NCBI GenBank assembly: GCA_963796225.1
Contig: CAWCLK010000057.1
Coordinates: forward strand, 11,173-75,172
Source: an uncultured bacterium
GTDB lineage: Bacteria > Actinomycetota > Nitriliruptoria > Nitriliruptorales > Nitriliruptoraceae
Length of the DNA: 64,000 nucleotides
Direction: 5' to 3'
In this document: positions 58,206 through 64,000 of the stretch, one piece after another
How positions within the stretch are numbered: position 1 is the first letter of the stretch
Layout of the letters: each line of letters starts with the position of its first letter
Program-made: the position numbers and the translations under genes
Notes under the pieces: model-generated
The model's input: only the letters and a program-made list of their open reading frames with translations
Database searches by the model: none
What the model was told of the DNA's origin: nothing

Positions 58206-59738
58206 TCAGTGGACCTGCTTGTCGTAGCCCTCCCAGTAGGGCTCGCGCAGCTTGAACTTCTGCAGCTTGCCCGTCGCGGTGCGGTCCAGCACCTCGCGGA
58301 AGTCGACCGACGTCGGACACTTGTAGTGCGCCAGCCGGTCCCGGCAGTGGTCGATCAGCTCCTGCTCGGTGGCCTCGGCCCCCTCCTTCAGCACCACCAG
58401 CGCCGTGACGGTCTCGCCCCACTTCTCCGACGGGATGCCGATGACGGCCACCTCGGCCACGGCCGCGTGGCTGAACAGGGCGTCCTCGACCTCGATCGAC
58501 GAGACGTTCTCGCCGCCGGAGATGATCACGTCCTTCTTGCGGTCCTGGATGTTGACGTAGTTGTCGCTGTCGATGAACCCGCCGTCGCCGGTGTGGAACC
58601 AGCCGTCGCGGATGCTGGCGGCGGTCTCGTCGGGCTGCTGCCAGTAGCCCTCCATGACGACGTTGCTGCGGGCCAGCACCTCGCCCTCCTCGTCGACCCG
58701 CATGCGCACACCCAGGGCCGGGGCCCCGGCGCGGTTGAGCTTCTCGGCGCGCTGGGCCGCAGACAGGTCGTCCCACTCGGCGCGAGTGCGGTTGAAGGTC
58801 AGCAGCGGCGAGGTCTCGGTCAGCCCGTAGATCTGGATGAGCTCCCAGCCGAGCTCGGTCTCGATCCGCTCGATCGTGCGGGTCGGCGGCGGGGCGCCGG
58901 CGGTGATGACCCGGACGCGGTCACGGCCGGGGATCTCGCCCTCCCAGGACTCGGAGGCGTCCAGCACCGCGGCCAGCACCGCCGGAGCGGCGCACATCAG
59001 CGTCACGCCGTGCTCCTCGACGCGACGCAGGATCTCGGTGCCGTCGATCTTGCGCAGCACGACGTGCTGGCCGCCCATGCCGGTCACGGCGAAGGGCATC
59101 CCCCACCCGTTGGCGTGGAACATCGGCAGCGTGTGCAGGTACACGTCGCGGTCGCTGACCTGGGCGTGCCACCCGAACGTCGCCGCGTTGATCCAGATGT
59201 TGCGGTGCGTGATCTGCACGCCCTTGGGGCGCGCCGTCGTGCCCGACGTGTAGTTGATGGTCGCGGTCGCCGACTCGTCCGGGTGCCACACCCGTGGCGT
59301 GACGCCCTCGCGGAAGATCGCGTCGTCGTCCCGCCCGAACACGAGCACGTGCTCGACGTCGAGGTCCCCGAGGGTGTCCTCGAGTTCCGGGTCGATCCAC
59401 ACGACCGAGGCGCCGGAGTGGTCGACGATGTAGTCGACCTCGGTGCGGTTGAGCCGGAAGTTGACCGGCACGAGGATCCGCCCCGACCCGCAGACCCCGA
59501 AGAAGGACACCAGCAGCCGGGCCGCGTTCTGCGACACGATCGCCACCCGGTCGCCGACGCCGATGCCGAGCTCGTCGAGCGCGGCGGCCTGCGCGTCGGC
59601 CAGCTCGCCGATCCTGCGGTAGGTCAGCTCCCCCAGCGATGGTGCGGGCTGGTCCGGTTCGTCCACCACACCGATCCGGTCGCCGTAGACGGTCACGGCA
59701 CGGTCGAGGTGGTCCTGCACGGACAGGGGGACGAACAT
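58206..59738 (-). CDS. AMP-dependent acyl-CoA synthetase/ligase
   Basis: ATG 59738 lies inside ORF 58206..59882. YTSGTTARPKG, GLTET, TGDGG and GKLQKFKLR are present. Confidence 0.9.
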   Translation of the reverse strand: MFVPLSVQDHLDRAVTVYGDRIGVVDEPDQPAPSLGELTYRRIGELADAQAAALDELGIGVGDRVAIVSQNAARLLVSFFGVCGSGRILVPVNFRLNRTEVDYIVDHSGASVVWIDPELEDTLGDLDVEHVLVFGRDDDAIFREGVTPRVWHPDESATATINYTSGTTARPKGVQITHRNIWINAATFGWHAQVSDRDVYLHTLPMFHANGWGMPFAVTGMGGQHVVLRKIDGTEILRRVEEHGVTLMCAAPAVLAAVLDASESWEGEIPGRDRVRVITAGAPPPTRTIERIETELGWELIQIYGLTETSPLLTFNRTRAEWDDLSAAQRAEKLNRAGAPALGVRMRVDEEGEVLARSNVVMEGYWQQPDETAASIRDGWFHTGDGGFIDSDNYVNIQDRKKDVIISGGENVSSIEVEDALFSHAAVAEVAVIGIPSEKWGETVTALVVLKEGAEATEQELIDHCRDRLAHYKCPTSVDFREVLDRTATGKLQKFKLREPYWEGYDKQVH

Positions 59739-59913
59739 CGCGAGCTCCCGGGTCGACGTCCCCGGCCATGCAAGCACCGTGCTCGACGACCTGCCGGACG
59801 GATCGCGGGCCGATGGGCCCGGTCCGGTCGGGGCGATGGCCCATCGCGGGGCGTGGGTGCCGGATCGGCCTGTCCCGGGCATGACCGCGCCGCCGCCCCG
59901 GACCGCACGTCTG

Positions 59914-59939
59914 CCCGAGCGCCGGTCGGGGCGCTCGGG
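59914..59939 (-). terminator. perfect 10-bp hairpin downstream of the DUF222-HNH gene
   Basis: CCCGAGCGCC-GGTCGG-GGCGCTCGGG lies 35 nt past the stop at 59974. Confidence 0.45.
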
Positions 59940-59954
59940 TGACGTGGCTGGTGG

Positions 59955-59988
59955 GGTCAGGCGGGTTCGAGGGTCAGGCGGGTTCGAG
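59955..59988. repeat. perfect 17-bp tandem duplication spanning the DUF222-HNH stop codon
   Basis: GGTCAGGCGGGTTCGAG occurs at 59955..59971 and again at 59972..59988. Each copy contains a TCA, which reads as TGA on the minus strand. Confidence 0.85.
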
Positions 59989-61397
59989 CCGGTCCAGGGG
60001 CAGGCGGGGCGGGCCCGGGTCGGGTACGTCGGTGAGGTCGCGGCGGGGCGGGGCGAGCCGGATCGTCCAGCCGTGCCGGCGGTGCCGCCACGTCACGGTG
60101 CCGTCGCGGGCCCGGTGCACGGTCCACTGTCGGGAGGTCTTGTGGTTGTGCCAGCGCCGCCCGAGCGGGTTCAGGTTGTCCACCGTCGTCGCCCCGTCGG
60201 GCCAGGGCCGGACGTGGTCCAGGTCGGCCCGCCGGACCGGTGTGGTGCCGTCGGGGTCGCGCACGGTCGTGTCGCGGGCCCAGATGGCCTCACGCAGCCA
60301 GCGGGGCGGGACCTTGTCTCGCTTCCCGACGCCGACGACCTGACCGGCGTCGTCGAGCACGATCGTGCGCAGGTCGGCGCCCCGTTCGTCCACCATCCGC
60401 TGCAGGGTGCTGCTGGAGACCTTCATCCGGCCGCCGGCCAGCGTGTGCAACAGCCAGCCGGGCGTGCGGGACTGATCGAGCAGCGCCTCGAGCTCGACGG
60501 TCGCCAGCAACAGCGGGCGGGGCGCGGGGAAGTCCGTGTCCTCGGGGCCCGAGCCGCCGGCGCGGCCCGCCAGGTCGGCCTCGCACAGGGCTACCAGCCG
60601 GTCCGCCAGAGCGCACCCGTGGCCCCGCACCAGCGCACGGCGACGCTCATCGAGCTCGTCGAACGCCGCGTCGACCGTCGCGTCGTCGGACAGGTCGTCC
60701 GGGACCGCGACCGGAGGGCCCAGCGGGGCGTCCAGCGCCTCGGCCACGGTCGTGAACCCGACCGGGCCGAACTCGCCATACAGCGCCCCGCCCCCGAACA
60801 GGTTCGGCGACAGCTGCAGGAACGCCTCCCGCTCCGCGGCGGCCTCGGCCTTCTCCAGACGCGACGGCTGACGGGCATCCACCCAGTCCCACACGTCGGC
60901 CACCAGCGCGTCCGGCTCCCAGTCGCGGTGGGCCACCATCGCGTCGGCCACCAGCCGGTCCAGGTCAGCACGGACGCCGACCCGGACCTTCCGGGCCGAC
61001 CGACAGATCGCCGCGACCTGCGACCACGACAACCACCGATCCGACAGCCCGGCCAGCGTCGCCGGCATGTCGGCCAGCACCTCGACCGCCCCGAGCACCT
61101 CCCGGGCTTCGGCGTGGGTGCACCGGAGGTGGTGCTGCAGCCACACGTGCAGGCTCATCCCGCCGGTGACCTCGGCGAGGTCGTCGGCCCGGCTCGCCGC
61201 GACCAGCAGCCCGACCAGCTGACCCATCTGCCGGTCACGGCCCTCGGCGATCCCGGCGACCTCGTCGAGCCAGCCGGACGTCCTTGACCCTGCCCCCGCC
61301 CGCAGGACGCGTCCGCGTGGAACGCGGCCGCGTACGGCGCGGCCGTCTCCGCGGCCAGGGACGGCCACGAGAATTCGGTGCGGGGCTCCATGAACAT
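59974..61397 (-). pseudogene. DUF222 / HNH endonuclease protein (13E12-repeat-like), frame broken in the C run 61293-61297
   Basis: ATG 61397 (MFMEPRTEFSWPSLAAETAAPYAAAFHAD) lies in ORF 61155..61508. From GWLDEVAGIAEGRDRQMGQL onward the sequence lies in ORF 59974..61602. The C-terminal HNH region is ..DLDHVRPWPDGATTVDNLNPLGRRWHNHKT. Confidence 0.7.
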
Positions 61398-61594
61398 GAC
61401 CACACCATACGGACCGGGTGTGACAGCGAGGCCCCCGAATCCGCCACCTGTGGACGATTCCGAGCGATTCACGCAATCCCGGTCCGGTGACCGCGCGCCC
61501 CGCACCACGCCACCCTTGCCGGGGTCGAGGGGTCGGGCGCATGATCGTGGCGGACCGGGCCACGGCGACCCGGCGAGAGCGGGAGGACGCCACC

Positions 61595-61960
61595 ATGGGC
61601 AAGGTCGTGCACTTCGAGATCCCCGTCGACGACCCGGACCGCGCGAAGGCGTTCTACGAGACCGCCTTCGGCTGGTCGTTCCAGGGCTACGGCGACCAGC
61701 CGTACTGGCTGACCTCGATCGGCCCGGAGGACGCCGGCGGGATCGAGGGCGCGCTCATCGGGCGGGGCGAGGTCCACACCCACCCCGTCGTGATCATCGA
61801 CGTCGACGACATCGACACGGCGCTGCAGGGCGCGATCGACGCCGGCGCCGAGAAGGTGGGCGACCGCACCGCCGTGCCCACCATGGGGTGGTCCGCCTAC
61901 GTGCGTGACCCCGAGGGCAACGTCATCGGGCTGTGGCAGACCGACGACCAGGCCGGCTGA
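61595..61960 (+). CDS. VOC (glyoxalase/bleomycin-resistance fold) protein
   Basis: ATG 61595 follows GGGAGGA. MGKVVHFEIPVDDPDRAKAFYETAFGW...DPEGNVIGLWQ. Confidence 0.8.
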   Translation: MGKVVHFEIPVDDPDRAKAFYETAFGWSFQGYGDQPYWLTSIGPEDAGGIEGALIGRGEVHTHPVVIIDVDDIDTALQGAIDAGAEKVGDRTAVPTMGWSAYVRDPEGNVIGLWQTDDQAG

Positions 61961-61988
61961 CCCGCCGCGCCCGCCGACCGCGCCCCGC

Positions 61989-62750
61989 TCAGCGGCGACG
62001 CGGCCGGATGGTGCGCGGCACGTCGACGTCGAGGCCGGGCGGGAGCGTCCCGGCCTCGGTCTGGGCCCGCAGTGCGTCGTTCTCGAACATGACGCGGTCA
62101 CGCAGGCCCGCCCCGTCGTTGAAGAGCCGCTTGAGCAGCTGGACGGTGCCACGGTCGCGCTGCGAACACAGGTCCAGCCACTCGAGCGCCGCCTGCTCGG
62201 CCGTCCCGGCGGGGACGAGCCGCTGGACCAGACCGGCGGCGTGGGCCTCCTCGACGGGCACGTCCCGCGACGACAGCACCCAGTCCTTGGCGATGCCGAG
62301 CCCGACCTGCCCGATGGTGCGCGAGGTGCCGACCGGGATGCCGTAGATCGCGCCCGGGAAGCGGAAGTGGGCGGTGGTGTCGGCGACGCGCAGGTCGCAG
62401 GCGATGGCGGCCTCTGCTCCACCGCCCACCGCGGGGCCGGCGATCGCGGCCGCGGTCGGCAGCGGGAACAGGGTGAGGGTCTCGTAGACCTGGGTGAACA
62501 GCTCCATGCGGCGGCGGCCGCCGTCCTCCATCGGCTCCTTGACGTCGGCGCCCGCGGAGAACACCTCGTCTCCCCCGGTGAGCAGCAGCCCGGCGACGGC
62601 GTCGTCGGCGGCCGCCTCGTCGATGGCGTCGGCCAACGCGATCAGCATGGTCGAGTCCATCGCGTTGCGGGCACGGGGACGGTGCATGCGCAGGACGACG
62701 ACGTCGCCGCCCGAGACGGGGCGGCGTTCGACCTGCAGGGGCGACGACAT
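61989..62750 (-). CDS. enoyl-CoA hydratase/isomerase family protein
   Basis: ATG 62750 lies inside ORF 61989..63545. LRMHRPRARNAM, FSAGADVKE and GPAVGGGAEAAIACDLRV are present. Confidence 0.8.
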   Translation of the reverse strand: MSSPLQVERRPVSGGDVVVLRMHRPRARNAMDSTMLIALADAIDEAAADDAVAGLLLTGGDEVFSAGADVKEPMEDGGRRRMELFTQVYETLTLFPLPTAAAIAGPAVGGGAEAAIACDLRVADTTAHFRFPGAIYGIPVGTSRTIGQVGLGIAKDWVLSSRDVPVEEAHAAGLVQRLVPAGTAEQAALEWLDLCSQRDRGTVQLLKRLFNDGAGLRDRVMFENDALRAQTEAGTLPPGLDVDVPRTIRPRRR

Positions 62751-62846
62751 CGCGGCCTCGCTGGGGTGGGGAGCCTCGAGCAGCCTAGGGGTGGTCCCGT
62801 CGGCTCCCGTGGTCGCAGGGGGCGCCCCGATAGCCTCTCGCAGGTG

Positions 62847-63668
62847 ATGACCTCTTCGACGCGACGTCGCCTGGCACGCGAGGTTCGGCGGTCCGACGCC
62901 GACCTGGCCGAGCTCGCGATGTGCATCTGCGCCGAACGGGATCCGAACCTCGACGTCGACGCTGCCCTGCTGCGGGTCGACGCGCTGGCCGACGGCCTGC
63001 TGACCGCCGGGACCCTGACCGGCGAGGCACACGCCGACGCGGTCGCGCTCGCCGACTACCTCGCCGGCACCCAGGGGTTCACCGGCGACGACGAGGACTA
63101 CCACGACCCGGCCAACGGCCTGCTCGCGGCCGTGCTCGACCGTCGCCGGGGCATGCCCATCACCCTGTCGGTGCTGTACGTGGCCGTGGCACGCCGCGTC
63201 CGGATCCCCGCATGGGGGATCGCCCACCCGGGTCACTTCTACGTGGGCGTCGGCACGCCGGACCGCACGACCGTGCTGGACCCGTTCCACGACGGCCAGG
63301 TGGTGGACCCCGAGGAGCTCTCCGCCCGCCTGCGTGCGGCGACCGCCGGTCGCGTCGAGTTCACCCGCGCCCACCTGCGCCCCGCCGGTCCGGCCATCAC
63401 GGTCCGGCGCATCCTCAACAACCTCACGCGGGACTTCACCAACCGGGGCGAGCTGCGCGACGCCCTCTGGACCGTCGAGTGCAAGCTGGTCCTCCCCAAC
63501 GCGCTGGCCGACGACCATCGGGCGCGGGGCGAGCTGCTCAGCCACCTCGGGCAGTACCGGGACGCGGCCCAGGCCTTCGAGACCTACCTGACCGAGGCCG
63601 GCGACGGCGCCGTCGACGCCGACGAGATCCGCAACCAGGCCGTGCGGGCCCGGGCAAAGCTCAACTGA
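62847..63668 (+). CDS. SirB1-like transglutaminase-fold/TPR protein
   Basis: ATG 62847 lies inside ORF 61905..63668. YHDPANGLLAAVLDRRRGMPITLSVLYVAVARRVRIPAWGIAHPGHFYV is present, followed by a C-terminal TPR-like tail. Confidence 0.75.
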   Translation: MTSSTRRRLAREVRRSDADLAELAMCICAERDPNLDVDAALLRVDALADGLLTAGTLTGEAHADAVALADYLAGTQGFTGDDEDYHDPANGLLAAVLDRRRGMPITLSVLYVAVARRVRIPAWGIAHPGHFYVGVGTPDRTTVLDPFHDGQVVDPEELSARLRAATAGRVEFTRAHLRPAGPAITVRRILNNLTRDFTNRGELRDALWTVECKLVLPNALADDHRARGELLSHLGQYRDAAQAFETYLTEAGDGAVDADEIRNQAVRARAKLN

Positions 63669-63754
63669 GCGCGATCGTCATCGCGCGCACGGGTGCTCAT
63701 GTTCACCGCGCACCGGCCGACGTTGATGGCGAGACGCCGACCGAGAGGTGAGGG

Positions 63755-64000
63755 GTGGACCCGCTGCTGGCGCAGCAGAGCGTGCCTGCGCGCGTGGCAG
63801 ACGCGTTCGTGTTCCGCCGCGTCGCCCCGAACCGCTACGCGCACGTCGGCGGGATCGGACGGGGCGAGGGGTGGGCCGGCATCGTCACGCTCGTGCCCGG
63901 CGAGACCACCGACGTCCGGGCGCTGCCCGAAACCGACGACGTCATGGTCCTGTGGTCCGACGAGCCGGAACGCCGGTTCGGCCCCTACTGGGCCCGGTTC
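63755..64000 (+). CDS. hypothetical protein, 5' part only (runs off the window)
   Basis: GTG 63755 follows GAGGTGAGGG. VDPLLAQQSVPARVADAFVFRRVAPNRYAHVGGIGRGEGWAGIV... has high GC3, with no stop before position 64000. Confidence 0.4.
   Translation, partial: MDPLLAQQSVPARVADAFVFRRVAPNRYAHVGGIGRGEGWAGIVTLVPGETTDVRALPETDDVMVLWSDEPERRFGPYWARF

Noticed and set aside
59955-59988. GGGTTCGAGCC resembles a tRNA T-arm, which could indicate a tRNA or an att site.
   Set aside because: No acceptor, D or anticodon arms can be folded around it. It is a 17-bp tandem duplication at the 3' end of a protein-coding gene.
59974-61397. Calling the DUF222-HNH locus a mobile element or prophage remnant.
   Set aside because: No integrase, transposase, terminal inverted repeats or phage genes were found. 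Only the family's reputation and one short duplication support mobility.

Overview
High-GC (by eye over 70% G+C) Actinomycetota chromosomal segment. It is densely packed with housekeeping genes, and the many long Arg/Pro/Gly-rich ORFs in the track are GC shadow frames. All calls rest on motif recognition and codon-position-3 G/C bias; no database search was possible.

Gene content, left to right:
- A secreted/surface protein operon with a 987-aa ELWxxDG-repeat protein.
- A tandem AAA+ ATPase, pepA, and a paa epoxidase cluster in which PaaX and PaaA form one ORF (paaX-paaA, paaB, paaC, paaD).
- A wHTH-DUF559 gene bracketed by a 62-bp phased palindromic repeat.
- Small redox and metabolic genes: pfkA, an FrhB-like F420 enzyme, a TetR regulator with two methyltransferases, and two tandem 7Fe ferredoxins.
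- ppk1-mutT1-ppx, pyk, upp, a PIG-L amidase, rnd and ispH.
- A six-gene trkA-trkA-x-trkH-y-trkH locus, then nth.
- A colinear pstSCAB-phoU-response regulator-kinase array, glpX, a Na/Pi cotransporter with a PhoU-like gene, an FAD oxidoreductase and an acyl-CoA synthetase.
- A DUF222-HNH gene, a VOC protein, a crotonase and a SirB1-like protein.

Main observations:
1. 13 clear and 2 possible single-base frame breaks, all in short G/C runs. Two lie in an identical 13-mer, and one hits the normally essential ispH. Assembly indels are more likely than pseudogenes, so every fusion or split reported here needs read-level confirmation.
2. A 62-bp repeat family flanks a DUF559 nuclease-like gene. This is the most system-like unexplained structure in the window.
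3. PHO-box-like 11-nt direct repeats lie upstream of pstS, phoU and ppk, and possibly the Na/Pi transporter.
4. An apparent PaaX-PaaA fusion.
5. Two micro-ORFs with 100% GC3. One follows twin 14-bp palindromes; the other continues the FrhB-like frame after an in-frame TAG.

No rRNA, tRNA, CRISPR array, transposase or integrase was recognised.
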